From positions 1-50,238 of the IMG/VR virus record IMGVR_UViG_3300049194_000060: a stretch of DNA of 50,238 bases, one strand, 5' to 3'. The stretch comes from a virus (taxonomy: Duplodnaviria; Caudoviricetes). The number at the start of each line of letters is the position of its first letter. The stretch's first letter is position 1. This document shows positions 9,288-19,165 of the stretch, piece after piece. Made by a program: the position numbers and the translations under genes. The notes below the pieces were generated by a model. It did no database searches. It had not been told where the DNA came from and worked only from the letters and a program-made list of their open reading frames with translations.

Positions 9288-10748
9288 ATGCAACCTAGCG
9301 TAAACATTACCGAGCTGGACGGCGCAATCGGCAGCCTCCCCGTTGGCCAGAAGCGCATTGCCGTGGTGGGCGTGGCCTCCACGGGCCCGTCGATTACGCC
9401 AGCGGCATTCAGCCGAATCGCCAGTATCACCTCAAACTTTACCCGCGGGCCCATGCCCGAGCTGGCGGCTTATTGGGTGAATGTTTACAAGGCTCCTGCG
9501 ATCTGCGTCCGGACGGGCCAATCCGTTGCAGCTACGAAGGACGCGATCGTTACCACCGGCGTCACCGGCACCAGCGTTGTCACCGCTACGGGTGGAACGC
9601 TGTCGGACGATGACGTGGAGGCCTACTTCAAGGTTGTCACCGGCGGCACGGTGGGCACCGCGGGCATCACGTATCAGTGGTCACTCGACGGCGGCCGCAC
9701 GCTAAGCCCCGTCACCGCACTAGGCACGGCCAACACCTTCGTGTTCCCCAACTCCGGCGGGCTGGGCTTTAGCTTCGCGGCGGGAACGCTTGTCGCCGGA
9801 GACGTGGTGACGCAACGTGCGTACGCCCCGAACTTCAATGCCTCCGATCTCGGCGCCGGGCTTCAGGCCCTAAAAGACTCCACTTTCGACTGGGATATCT
9901 GCGTGATTGTCGGCGCCGTTGACGCCACGATCTTTGACGCAATCGCCACCGCGCGCGCTGCAAACCCCGAAAAAACGTTCGTTTGCCACGCGCGCAACCC
10001 GAACGCGGCCGAGTCTGAAGCGGCTTATAAGACCGCGCTAGACGCAATCTTTGGCTCTAAAGCGGACAACGGCATCGTGGTTTGCGCCGGAGCTTGTGAG
10101 ATCACGAGTTCTATCAGCTACCGCAGCTATCGCCGGCCGTCGCTGTTCGGCATCGCGCCACGGCTGGGTAGCGTTTCGAGCGAGATCGATATCGCTCAGC
10201 CCACGCTGGGGGCTCTCCCGTCCGTCAGCATCCGGGACACCAACGGCAACCCGAAACACCACGACGAGAGCGTGAATCCGGGTCTCGACGACTCGCGATT
10301 CACGGTTCTACGTACCTTCGACGGCAAGCAAGGCGTTTACGTCAATAACTGCCGCATCCTCAGCGCCGCGGGAAGTGACTTCGAATTCGCGCAGCACCGC
10401 CGGGTGTACAACGAGGCGCGTCGCACGCTGCGGCTCTACTTCACCGAGCGGCTATCCGCACCGGTGCAAGTAGACGCGGTGACGGGTTTCATCCTGGAAT
10501 CCGAAGCGCTCGAGATTGAGGCCGGTGCGGATGCGGCAATGCGCGCCGCGCTGCGCTCTAAACCCAAGGCTTCCGGCGGTGGCATCGACGGCAAGGCCTC
10601 GCGATTCTGCAAGCTGAGCCGCACTGACAATCTGCTCTCCACTAAGACTCTCACGGTTCAAGGCGCCGTGATTCCGCTGGCCTACCCCAAGGCCATCAAC
10701 ATCGATCTTGGCTTCAAGAACCCGGCGCTGCAGCCGGTGGCGGCGTAA
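9288..10748 (+). CDS. Contractile tail sheath protein (DUF2586-like)
   Basis: MQPSVNITELDGAIG start, LDDSRFTVLRTFDGKQGVYVNN and GSDFEFAQHRRV motifs; 486 aa; precedes the tube gene. Confidence 0.85.
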   Translation: MQPSVNITELDGAIGSLPVGQKRIAVVGVASTGPSITPAAFSRIASITSNFTRGPMPELAAYWVNVYKAPAICVRTGQSVAATKDAIVTTGVTGTSVVTATGGTLSDDDVEAYFKVVTGGTVGTAGITYQWSLDGGRTLSPVTALGTANTFVFPNSGGLGFSFAAGTLVAGDVVTQRAYAPNFNASDLGAGLQALKDSTFDWDICVIVGAVDATIFDAIATARAANPEKTFVCHARNPNAAESEAAYKTALDAIFGSKADNGIVVCAGACEITSSISYRSYRRPSLFGIAPRLGSVSSEIDIAQPTLGALPSVSIRDTNGNPKHHDESVNPGLDDSRFTVLRTFDGKQGVYVNNCRILSAAGSDFEFAQHRRVYNEARRTLRLYFTERLSAPVQVDAVTGFILESEALEIEAGADAAMRAALRSKPKASGGGIDGKASRFCKLSRTDNLLSTKTLTVQGAVIPLAYPKAINIDLGFKNPALQPVAA

Positions 10749-10752
10749 TTAG

Positions 10753-11235
10753 ATGGCACTCGACGAAAAGCGGATCAATGGCGCTCAGGTTTCCTGGGCT
10801 TCTATCAAGGTTAAGGTGGATGGTGAAGAAGTATCTGGCTTCACGGGTCTTAGCTTTGGCGACAAGCTCGAGGTGGTTAAGGCTTACGGCATGGGTAAGC
10901 ACCATGCCCCACGAGGCCGCAGCCGTGGCAAGTACGTTGTCGACCCTGTCAAGCTAAGTGGCCCGCCCAGCACGATGGAGGCCCTTCGTGCAAAGCTCGC
11001 TGCACGCAGCACTGACGGCGTGAGCTACGGCCAAGTGGAGTTTCTCATCGTGGCTCAATACGTGGAGACCAACGAGATCCCGATGACTGTGGAGATCGAG
11101 CGCTGCCGCTATGTGGCGACGGTTGAAAACCGCGAGGAGAGTGCCGAAGTCCTGAAGGACGAGGTAGAGATCGATGCGATGATGATCCGTCGCAATGGTC
11201 GTACGCTGTGCGATAGCTCCGAGGGCACGCCGTAA
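10753..11235 (+). CDS. Tail tube protein
   Basis: INGAQVSWASIKV...YGMGKHHAPRGRSRGKY; directly after the sheath gene. Confidence 0.8.
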   Translation: MALDEKRINGAQVSWASIKVKVDGEEVSGFTGLSFGDKLEVVKAYGMGKHHAPRGRSRGKYVVDPVKLSGPPSTMEALRAKLAARSTDGVSYGQVEFLIVAQYVETNEIPMTVEIERCRYVATVENREESAEVLKDEVEIDAMMIRRNGRTLCDSSEGTP

Positions 11236-11250
11236 GGCTTTCCGCTGTGG

Positions 11251-11266
11251 GTGCTATGCTTCTGCT
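11251..11266 (+). promoter_or_regulatory. Extended -10 promoter, likely leaderless transcript
   Basis: GTGC-TATGCT followed by 6 nt and then ATG 11267. Confidence 0.55.
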
Positions 11267-11734
11267 ATGTCCGAAGCAGCACCCGCAAGCCTTTCTCCCG
11301 AAGACGAATTAGCCGCGCTGCGCGCCAAGCGCCAAGCGCTCCGGGCCGCGCAAGATGCTGAAGCCGCCGCCCACGCCACGGCCGATGCGATCGCGAAAGA
11401 GCGTCGCGCGCTAGCCGATGACGAGGCGCGCGCCGCGGCGCGTAAGTCCGAGGGGGCGGGTAAGTATGCCGTCGTGGAGGGTATCGGTGCCGCGTCACAC
11501 GATATCGTGATCCTCAAGCGCCCCCACGCGGCAGCCTTTAAGGCCTTCCAAGATAAGGAAGGCGCGAAGCTCGACGATATCGAGGCTCTCGTGAAGCCCT
11601 GCGTTATCTACCCTGACGCTGCGGCCTTTGACCGGCTCGTCACCACCGAGCAGCCTGCCGTCCTAGTGCGCTGCGCCGAAGCCGTTTGCTATCTCGCCGG
11701 CGCGCGCCGGAGCACCGAGCTGGGAAAAGCCTAA
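11267..11734 (+). CDS. Tail assembly chaperone (G-like)
   Basis: Between tube and tape measure genes; ends in slippery sequence G GGA AAA just before its stop codon. Confidence 0.8.
   Translation: MSEAAPASLSPEDELAALRAKRQALRAAQDAEAAAHATADAIAKERRALADDEARAAARKSEGAGKYAVVEGIGAASHDIVILKRPHAAAFKAFQDKEGAKLDDIEALVKPCVIYPDAAAFDRLVTTEQPAVLVRCAEAVCYLAGARRSTELGKA
11722..11728 (+). other. Programmed -1 ribosomal frameshift site
   Basis: X XXY YYZ heptamer GGGAAAA in the correct phase (CTG GGA AAA GCC TAA); the -1 frame stays open to 11913. Confidence 0.82.
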
Positions 11735-11913
11735 AGCTCCGCGCATCGTCGCGGCGCGACCTGGAGGCTGGCTCCACCGCGCTGCTTGCGCTGTGTGGGG
11801 CGCCGCTAGATGGCCCGTTCGCCGTGGAGGCGCGCGCGGGAGCTATGATCATTCTGGATATGGCGCACGAGTTGCACCTAATCCGCAAGCTCCTCACACC
11901 CCCGGAATCGTAG
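11722..11913 (+). CDS. Frameshift extension of the tail assembly chaperone (GT-like)
   Basis: -1 frame reads GKSLKLRASS...LLTPPES and stops 4 nt before the tape measure ATG; it has no good start of its own. Confidence 0.75.
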   Translation, partial: GKSLKLRASSRRDLEAGSTALLALCGAPLDGPFAVEARAGAMIILDMAHELHLIRKLLTPPES

Positions 11914-11917
11914 TGCT

Positions 11918-13837
11918 ATGGCCGACAACGAGATCACTTTCGCCATGGATCTCGAGGGAAGCCTGCAGCAATCCGCAGATGCGGATGCCGACGCGCTAGA
12001 GCGTCTGAAAGACGGGATCCAGGCGTCCACGGAGCAGCTGCGCGCGATGCAACGCGCGTATAGCGTGCTCTCCAAGTCCAGCACTGCCAATGCCGCAACG
12101 GTCAAGGCGCTGAAGGATCGGATCACGGCGTCTAAAGCCGCACTCACCTCGCAGACCGAGGCGCTGGTGAAGATGAAGGGAGCTTTTGAGAAAAGCCCAA
12201 AGCCCATCCTGCAAACCGAGGCCGGCGTGAAACAGCTCCTTCAGGCCGCCGGTCAGACGCGCGGGCCCATGGGTGAGATGGTGCGCCAGCTGGGTGCCGT
12301 AAAGGGGCTGCTAGGTGCCGGCGTGATTGCCGCCGGTCTGCTGGCTATCGCAGCGGGCATGATTGCGCTCACCGCCGCTGCAGCCGGAGCCGTCGCTGCG
12401 CTGGCAGCATACGCGGTGACGCAAGCCGACGCGCGCAGGTCGGATATGCTTCGCCTCGAGGGGCTCTCCAAGTGGCGGAACTACTGGCTTGAGATGGTAA
12501 CCGGTCAGCGCCGTGCGGCGGATAGCGCTGCATTCCTACAGAGCAACATCGATCGCGTTGCTGCGTCGTCGCCCCTCGCACGCGATCGCATCGCGGAGAT
12601 GACCGGCGAGCTCTATAAGGCCGGGCTCCGCGGCGGTAGGCTACAGCAGGCGCTGGAAGGTCTCGCGGTAACCGAGGCTGCGCAAGGGAAGGAAGCGGGG
12701 GACATATTCAAGGCGCGCGTGATGGGCGCTACGCTCTACGGCACCAGCATCAAAAAGCTGAGCGAAGATGCAAAAGCGCGGCTAGGCGGCGTAGTGAAGG
12801 CTCAGATGCTTTCGCTGGGCGTCCAGCAGCGCAAGCTTCGCGAGAGCATCAATCACCTGTTCGATGGGATCAAGATTGAGCGGCTCCTAGAGGGGCTCTC
12901 GAAGGTCACGGAGCTGTTCTCAACCTCCACGGCTTCAGGCCGCGCGTTGAAAGCCGTGCTGGAGGTGACGCTACAGCCGTTGATCAACGCGGCCGCCGCC
13001 GGCGGGCCCCTCGTGAAACGGTTCTTCCAGGGGGTTATTATCGCGGCGCTGCTGCTGGCGATCACGGTGCTGAAGGTCCGAAACGTGATCCGCGATACCT
13101 TCGGAGGCTCCGATCTTCTGAAAGGGTTAGATCTCCAGCGCGCCGCTCTCTACGCCGGGATCGCGGTGTTCGGCGCGTTCGCTACCGTGGTGGGCGTCAC
13201 CGCGGCGGGGCTAGCCGTGTTCGCAGGCCTCGCGGCAGCGGCGGCATACAGTGTGTATCAGCTGGCGCGGCCATTCATCTATGTGATCGAGCAGGGCTCT
13301 AAGCTCGCCGCGTGGGTGCTCGCGACCGATTGGCATGTGCTGGGTACCACGATCACGCAGGGCATCGCGGCAGGCATCACCGCCGGCGCCGGCGCGGTGT
13401 GGGACGCCATGAAGAACATGGGCGGCGGCGCAATCAAGGCCTTCAAAGATAAGCTGGGAATCAAGTCTCCCAGCAAAGTGGCCATGGCCGCCACGCTAGA
13501 GGTGCCGCGCGGCAGCGTGAAAGCCCTAGATGCCGGCCGGCCCATGGTGAAGCGCGCCGCGGAGCAGCTAGGCGCAGCCACGGAGGCGGGACTACGCGCC
13601 GGCGCGGAGCGCAGCAGCGGCGGTGGAGGGATCCCGGCACCGCAGCTTGCAGCGGCAGCTCCCGCGCCACGCGGTGCCGCAGCTCCACAGCGAGGCACCA
13701 CCACCCAAACTTTCAACTTCGGGGATGTGATTGTCCCTGGAGGCTCGGGGCAGTCGCCGCAACAGCTCAAGGCCATGCTGCGCGAGGTGCTAGCTGAGAT
13801 GCTAGAGGGCGCCACGATTCAAAGGGGCCTAAGGTAA
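11918..13837 (+). CDS. Tape measure protein
   Basis: Long Ala/Gly-rich helical protein with hydrophobic segments and the LGIKSPSKV motif; follows the chaperone. Confidence 0.88.
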   Translation: MADNEITFAMDLEGSLQQSADADADALERLKDGIQASTEQLRAMQRAYSVLSKSSTANAATVKALKDRITASKAALTSQTEALVKMKGAFEKSPKPILQTEAGVKQLLQAAGQTRGPMGEMVRQLGAVKGLLGAGVIAAGLLAIAAGMIALTAAAAGAVAALAAYAVTQADARRSDMLRLEGLSKWRNYWLEMVTGQRRAADSAAFLQSNIDRVAASSPLARDRIAEMTGELYKAGLRGGRLQQALEGLAVTEAAQGKEAGDIFKARVMGATLYGTSIKKLSEDAKARLGGVVKAQMLSLGVQQRKLRESINHLFDGIKIERLLEGLSKVTELFSTSTASGRALKAVLEVTLQPLINAAAAGGPLVKRFFQGVIIAALLLAITVLKVRNVIRDTFGGSDLLKGLDLQRAALYAGIAVFGAFATVVGVTAAGLAVFAGLAAAAAYSVYQLARPFIYVIEQGSKLAAWVLATDWHVLGTTITQGIAAGITAGAGAVWDAMKNMGGGAIKAFKDKLGIKSPSKVAMAATLEVPRGSVKALDAGRPMVKRAAEQLGAATEAGLRAGAERSSGGGGIPAPQLAAAAPAPRGAAAPQRGTTTQTFNFGDVIVPGGSGQSPQQLKAMLREVLAEMLEGATIQRGLR

Positions 13838-14352
13838 TGGGCTACAATCCCCACGATCTGCCGATAGACTTCGTGATTGTTCGCGGCGTGCCGACACCCG
13901 GAACAGCGACGGTGCAACGCGCTAAGCGGAGCATCAAAGTGGATGAGATTGGTGGCTACGGCGTCAGCGGTAGCATTCTCGTGGTGCACGGTCGGCGCCT
14001 AGTACCATTCGATATCGTGGTGAAGCTCACCACGCCGGACGAATGGGCCGAGTGGGATAACTTTAAGGAAGTGGTTCTCACCATGCCGAGCGGCATCAAC
14101 GCCAAGGCGCTCGACGTGTGGCACCCCTGGCTTTCGATGCTCGATGTGCGCAGCGCCATCGTGACGGACGTGTCGCAGCCCGAGGATGACGGCACCGGGG
14201 TTTTCACCATCGTGATCAGCATGATCGAATTCCGCCGACCAAAGCAGCAGATGGCTACCCCCGCAGCGGCGGAGCAGAAGCCGGCGGAGCAGGACCCGGT
14301 GGAGATCTACATCGACAAGCTTACGAATCAGCTGCAGGAGCTGGCGAAGTAG
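13837..14352 (+). CDS. Baseplate/tail-tube initiator-like protein
   Basis: Synteny after the tape measure gene; TAATG coupling. Confidence 0.5.
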   Translation: MGYNPHDLPIDFVIVRGVPTPGTATVQRAKRSIKVDEIGGYGVSGSILVVHGRRLVPFDIVVKLTTPDEWAEWDNFKEVVLTMPSGINAKALDVWHPWLSMLDVRSAIVTDVSQPEDDGTGVFTIVISMIEFRRPKQQMATPAAAEQKPAEQDPVEIYIDKLTNQLQELAK

Positions 14353-15546
14353 ATGGGTGAGAGCGCGTTACAAGTCAACGGGCGCAGCGTCGCGGCCGCG
14401 AAGATCTTCGTGCCCGGCGAGGGTGTGTGGTTCGCGGATCTGGATCTCGCCGATGACGCCCCGCTAACCGGCGCGGTCAGCATCACGCTGGGCGGCTCCA
14501 CGCTGCGTGGCACTGTGGATGACAGCGCTTCCGGCGTGTTCGGCCTGCGGCGTCACATCCGTGTGATTGGCGGTGCCGCCGGGTGGCGCAAGGAGATCAA
14601 GCCCACCGGGTATACGAACGATGCGGGAGTGAGGGCCTCCACGGTCGCGAACGACGCGGCCAAGGCCTGCGGGGAGACGCTGGGCACTTTCGCAGGCGGT
14701 GTGGAGCGGTTGGGTAGCCACTATCTCCGCAATGCGGGGCCGGCCTCACGCACTGTCGAGGATGCGGCTCGTGGCGTCCCCTGGTGGGTGGACTACGCCG
14801 GCGTGACGCAAGTGTCAGCGCGCACCGTTACTACACCGGCACCCGAAAGCTACGAAACCATTAGCTACGATCCTCAATGTCACGCGCTGCAGCTTCGCGT
14901 GGAGGATCTGCAGTCCGTGGGGGTAGGGTCGCGCATCACGAAAGACCTTCCGGCTCCCGTAACGATCGGCAGCTTCGAGCTCCACGCCACGCCGGACACG
15001 ATTCGCATGCATGCGTGGGTGGGCACGGGCCGCGGCTCGGATATCATTGACGCTCTGCGCACCATCGCGGAAAGCGCTGCGGCGGAGCGCATCACGTGGC
15101 CCTGCCGGTACCGAGTGGTAGATCTGGTGGGCGATAGGGTGGACCTGCAGATCGTAAAGAAAGGCACCGGCGCTCCGGATGCGCTGAGCGTCCCCATGTG
15201 GCCGGGTATCGCGGGGGCGCACGTGGTAAGCGCGAAAGGCGCTGAGGTGATCGTACAGTTCGTGGACGGCGATCGCGCCGACCCCATCGTGACGGGGTTC
15301 GCCGGCCGGGGAGGCAAGGGCGCAATCCCGCGGCGCTTGGTGCTGGGCGCGACGAGCGGTGACGGCCAGGATGCGGCACGTAAGGGCGACGTGGTGGAGA
15401 TCCTGATTCCCCCATTCGCCTTCTCCGGCACCATCGGCGGCTCACCGGCGGCAGGGCTGCTTACCGCCGCGCTACCTCGCACGCTAGGAACCATCATCAC
15501 CGGCGCACCGGGTGTGGGCATCGGGAACGACACAGCTAGCGAGTAG
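14353..15546 (+). CDS. Baseplate hub/central spike-like protein
   Basis: C-terminal OB-fold-like GAEVIVQFVDGDRADPIV and AARKGD motifs resemble gpV/gp45 spikes. Confidence 0.65.
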   Translation: MGESALQVNGRSVAAAKIFVPGEGVWFADLDLADDAPLTGAVSITLGGSTLRGTVDDSASGVFGLRRHIRVIGGAAGWRKEIKPTGYTNDAGVRASTVANDAAKACGETLGTFAGGVERLGSHYLRNAGPASRTVEDAARGVPWWVDYAGVTQVSARTVTTPAPESYETISYDPQCHALQLRVEDLQSVGVGSRITKDLPAPVTIGSFELHATPDTIRMHAWVGTGRGSDIIDALRTIAESAAAERITWPCRYRVVDLVGDRVDLQIVKKGTGAPDALSVPMWPGIAGAHVVSAKGAEVIVQFVDGDRADPIVTGFAGRGGKGAIPRRLVLGATSGDGQDAARKGDVVEILIPPFAFSGTIGGSPAAGLLTAALPRTLGTIITGAPGVGIGNDTASE

Positions 15547-15574
15547 CTCCCGCGCGCGGCGCTACGATCGCTAG

Positions 15575-16045
15575 GTGATTAGCTACCTGGGACGCTTCAG
15601 CACGGCACAGATTGTGCCGATCGTCGCCAATTCGTTGGCGGGGATGATTGCAGAGCTGGAAACCCAGGTAACCGCGCTGGGCTCTATCGCTATCTCCGTA
15701 GATCCCGGGGGCTTCGCCGCGCAACTGGCGCTTGTGGGTACCATCGCCGCTGCTATCCAGGCGGCCGTTACTGCTGGCGTCACGTCCCCCACGGTATCGC
15801 TCCAAGCGGAGGCGCTGCTAGCGCTGAATGTAAAGCTTAAGGCGCTACTCGCGTTTCAGAGCATCCTCCTCCAGGGCGGGATTCAAGTGCTGCGCTATAG
15901 CGGCCGCGCCGATGACTTCGGCGCCGAGCTCACCGGCGCTATGGAAAGCCTGCCCGGCGCGCAGCCCTCGGACGCCACGCAAGGGCTAGTGCTCGTCGCT
16001 ACCACGTCGGAGGCCGCGGCAGCGCTCGCGGCAGCGTTTCTCTAA
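15575..16045 (+). CDS. Hypothetical virion protein
   Basis: Fills the gap in the baseplate operon; preceded by GCGC-TACGAT-N6-GTG. Confidence 0.55.
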   Translation: MISYLGRFSTAQIVPIVANSLAGMIAELETQVTALGSIAISVDPGGFAAQLALVGTIAAAIQAAVTAGVTSPTVSLQAEALLALNVKLKALLAFQSILLQGGIQVLRYSGRADDFGAELTGAMESLPGAQPSDATQGLVLVATTSEAAAALAAAFL

Positions 16046-16515
16046 TGTCTGACGAAACACGCACTCTCATTGCCGCGGGCATTGCGGAGTTGGCCCGCGT
16101 TGCCACCGCGCCCCCCGAGCCGTGGCTGTACGGCCGCGACCTGGTGTGCGTCGACGACCTGACGCCCACGCTGCGCGAGACGGATCCGAGCACCACGCAG
16201 TCGCTGGCGCAAGATATCTACCACCGTATCACCACGGAGCGCGGCAGCCTGGTGGACGATCCGGACTTTGGCGAGGACGTACGCGGCTACCTCTCCACGG
16301 CTACTGATGCGCGCGCGTTGCTCTCTATCTCTGGTCGGCTCGAGGCAGAGATCCGAAAGGATGACCGTGTGGCTTCCGTGGCGGTGGAGCTCACCGGCAC
16401 CACGTCTCAGCTGGACATTACGATCTCCGTCACGCCGCAGGATCCCGCGCTCGCCGCGTTCGAGATGGTGATGGCGGTTACGTCAGCCGCGGCGCTGCTC
16501 CTCGAGGTTTCGTAA
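16045..16515 (+). CDS. Baseplate wedge protein (gp25/gpW-like)
   Basis: RITTERGSLVDDPDFG and DDRVASV motifs. Confidence 0.78.
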   Translation: MSDETRTLIAAGIAELARVATAPPEPWLYGRDLVCVDDLTPTLRETDPSTTQSLAQDIYHRITTERGSLVDDPDFGEDVRGYLSTATDARALLSISGRLEAEIRKDDRVASVAVELTGTTSQLDITISVTPQDPALAAFEMVMAVTSAAALLLEVS

Positions 16516-17702
16516 TGGCAACGTTCAGTATCGACGATCTTGTCACCCCCCTCGAAACCGAGGAGATCAAAACCAGCATCTACACCGCACTGGAGACCAC
16601 TGGCGTTGCCACCACGCTGTGGAAGCCTGGCGCCGTAGTGCGTACCATCATCGCGATCGTGTCGATCGTGCTCCACGCGCTGAGCGTGCTGGTAAGCAAC
16701 ATCGCCAAGAGCGGCTTTCTGGGCCTCGCGTCCGGGGTGTGGCTAGCGCTAAAGGCGCTATACGATTACAACGAGGAGAAGCAGTACGCCACGTTTGCGG
16801 CCGGCGTGGTGTACCTCTCCAACTCCAGCGGCGGGGTCTACACGCTGGATCCCGACGAGCTGGAGGTGGCGTCTAGCATCACAGGTAAGAGCTACCGCAA
16901 CACTGCTACGGTTACGCTCGGCGCGCTAGCCGCCAGCGTTCCCGTGGACGTGCAAGCCGTGGAGGCGGGCTCCGCAAGCAGCGCGCTAGCCGGTGAGATT
17001 GACCGCGTTGTTACGCCGCTTGCGGGTGTCACCGTCACCAACACCGCAACGCTGGTGGGACTGGACGACGAAACCGATGCGCAACTTCAGGCCCGCTGCA
17101 GCGCGAAGCTGGGAAGCTTCTCCCCCAACGGCCCGGCCGACGCTTACGATTACGTCGCCAAGAGCGCTGTGCGCGCTAACGGATCTCGCGTGGGTGTTAC
17201 GCGGGTGCGTACCCGCCCGGATGGGCTCGGAGGGATCGATGTTTACTGCGCAACCGCCACCGGCGCGTTGACGCCGTCCGACCTAGCCGTGGTGGACGAG
17301 GCCATTCAGACCCAAGCGGCCCCGTTGGGCATCACCGCGCGGGTGCATAGCGCCACCGAGGCGCCGCAAAACATTACCTACTCGGTGTGGTGCTACAATA
17401 CCACGGGGCTGCGGGAGGATCAGATCCGCGATGCGATCCGTGACGCGCTGATCGCATACATCGCGGCGCAGAATGTTGGTGGCAACGAGATTGAAGGCGC
17501 TGCCGGCAAGATCTACCGCGACGACATTCAGGCTGAGATCAGCCGCGCGCGCACTTCGGACGGTGCTGCGCTGCGCATCTTCCGCACCATCGTGCACAGC
17601 CCCGCCGCTGACGTGCCGCTAGGCGTGTTCGAGGTTCCCACGGTGGGCACGATTACCGCTACTGCGATTACTCGCGTAGCGCCCCCGCGAGGAGCGGTCT
17701 AG
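16515..17702 (+). CDS. Baseplate J-like protein
   Basis: VQAVEAGSASS and GLDDETDAQLQARC...GPADAY motifs. Confidence 0.88.
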   Translation: MATFSIDDLVTPLETEEIKTSIYTALETTGVATTLWKPGAVVRTIIAIVSIVLHALSVLVSNIAKSGFLGLASGVWLALKALYDYNEEKQYATFAAGVVYLSNSSGGVYTLDPDELEVASSITGKSYRNTATVTLGALAASVPVDVQAVEAGSASSALAGEIDRVVTPLAGVTVTNTATLVGLDDETDAQLQARCSAKLGSFSPNGPADAYDYVAKSAVRANGSRVGVTRVRTRPDGLGGIDVYCATATGALTPSDLAVVDEAIQTQAAPLGITARVHSATEAPQNITYSVWCYNTTGLREDQIRDAIRDALIAYIAAQNVGGNEIEGAAGKIYRDDIQAEISRARTSDGAALRIFRTIVHSPAADVPLGVFEVPTVGTITATAITRVAPPRGAV

Positions 17703-17705
17703 GCC

Positions 17706-18440
17706 ATGGCTGCCGAGCCCACGATCTACATGTTCCGCAACATGGCCCGGGAGATCTCTCCTTGGTGGCTGCGGCAGGGCATCGCGCTACGGCTGATCTA
17801 CGCGCTTGCGCTTCATCTCGACGTGATTCTACAGATGGCGGTGGAAGCGGTGCGCCGGCGCTACCCCGGCCTAGACTCCTACGATTCGCTGCCTCTCATC
17901 GGTTCGGAACGTCGCATCACGCGGGGGCGTAACGAGTCGGACGCTATCTACGCCACGCGCGTGCGGCGCTGGCTCGACGATCACCGCCTACGCGGCGGGC
18001 CCTACGCCATGCTGCGGCAGATTTATGCACACTTTGCGGCCGCGCCGTTCCTCATCACGTTGCGCTACTACTCGGGGCGGCAGTACGCCATGGATCTAGA
18101 CGGCAACATTGTTCGTTCAGATGTTTCGTGGCTCCCGGATGCGGCTAGCAATCGGTGGCCGCGGTGGTGGCTGTTCTACGACTGGCCTGCCGCGGTAGTG
18201 GATGAGGGCGCCTGGGGTGACCCGGGCGATTGGGGTGACGGCGGTACGTGGGGCACCAGCCTCACTGTGGCGGAGGTGGAAGACATTCGTATCGTTCCCC
18301 GCCAGTGGAACGCCGGCCACATCATCAAGGGGCGCATTGTACTCTCTGAGGGTACCACAGAGCTGTGGGGCGACCCTGGCGCGTGGGGCGATCCCGGCTG
18401 GTGGGGTCCAGAGAACTACGCTGCAATCGATGTGCAGTAG
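17706..18440 (+). CDS. Baseplate wedge/tail protein I-like with WGDPG repeats
   Basis: LPLIGSERRITRGRNESDAIYATRV motif after baseplate J; Trp-Gly repeats at the C-terminus. Confidence 0.62.
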   Translation: MAAEPTIYMFRNMAREISPWWLRQGIALRLIYALALHLDVILQMAVEAVRRRYPGLDSYDSLPLIGSERRITRGRNESDAIYATRVRRWLDDHRLRGGPYAMLRQIYAHFAAAPFLITLRYYSGRQYAMDLDGNIVRSDVSWLPDAASNRWPRWWLFYDWPAAVVDEGAWGDPGDWGDGGTWGTSLTVAEVEDIRIVPRQWNAGHIIKGRIVLSEGTTELWGDPGAWGDPGWWGPENYAAIDVQ

Positions 18441-18491
18441 CGCCTAGCGCGCCGCGGCTCCGGCTATAGCAGGCGCTACGATCCTGCTAGC

Positions 18492-19160
18492 ATGTCCGAG
18501 ATTCTAGTAGAGGATGGCTCCACCTATCCTGCGTCCGTAACGGTCCCCGAGGATGGGGATGCGCGCAATGCGGCCTCCGTGGTGGTGGGCTTTCAGGCTC
18601 TCGCTAACCGCTGCGCCTACATGTTTGGTAAGGTGATTGACGCGCTGGTGAACGGCGGCACTTGGCTCATCGGAGGCGAGAGCACCGGTCTAACGCTCGA
18701 TCTCTCCAACGGGATGATCAAGCTCATCGGTAACGATGATCACAACATCCACCTAGGCGGCCTCAACGGCTCGCCCGGCGGCGTGCAGTTTTTCGCTAAC
18801 GGGAACATGGCCGGCCATATGTTCACCGCCGGTCGCACCGGACGCGCGAATCACAAGATCGTCAATCTCGGCACATCATCGAATCAACTAATCTCGCCAC
18901 TCACGCACGACACCTTTGCGTATCTGACGGGCGCCGACATTGAAGTGCAAGTGTCCACGGCTGAGGCCGATCTGGAGGACGGAGACCACTTCAAAGTAAT
19001 CAACAAGATCACCTCCTCCGGCACCATCACAGTAAAGAACACTGCCGGGGTAACACTGCACGTGGTGCCCCTTCCGTCCGGCGGCATGCCGGCGATTCGC
19101 GGGTACACCTGGCACGCGGCCACCTCTTCATGGGTGCTCACCAGCTGGGCCGTCGCGTAA
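18492..19160 (+). CDS. Tail fibre/collar-like protein
   Basis: N-terminal PEDGDARNAASV...FQALANR motif common at phage fibre N-termini; position after the baseplate genes. Confidence 0.6.
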   Translation: MSEILVEDGSTYPASVTVPEDGDARNAASVVVGFQALANRCAYMFGKVIDALVNGGTWLIGGESTGLTLDLSNGMIKLIGNDDHNIHLGGLNGSPGGVQFFANGNMAGHMFTAGRTGRANHKIVNLGTSSNQLISPLTHDTFAYLTGADIEVQVSTAEADLEDGDHFKVINKITSSGTITVKNTAGVTLHVVPLPSGGMPAIRGYTWHAATSSWVLTSWAVA

Positions 19161-19165
19161 GGGCC

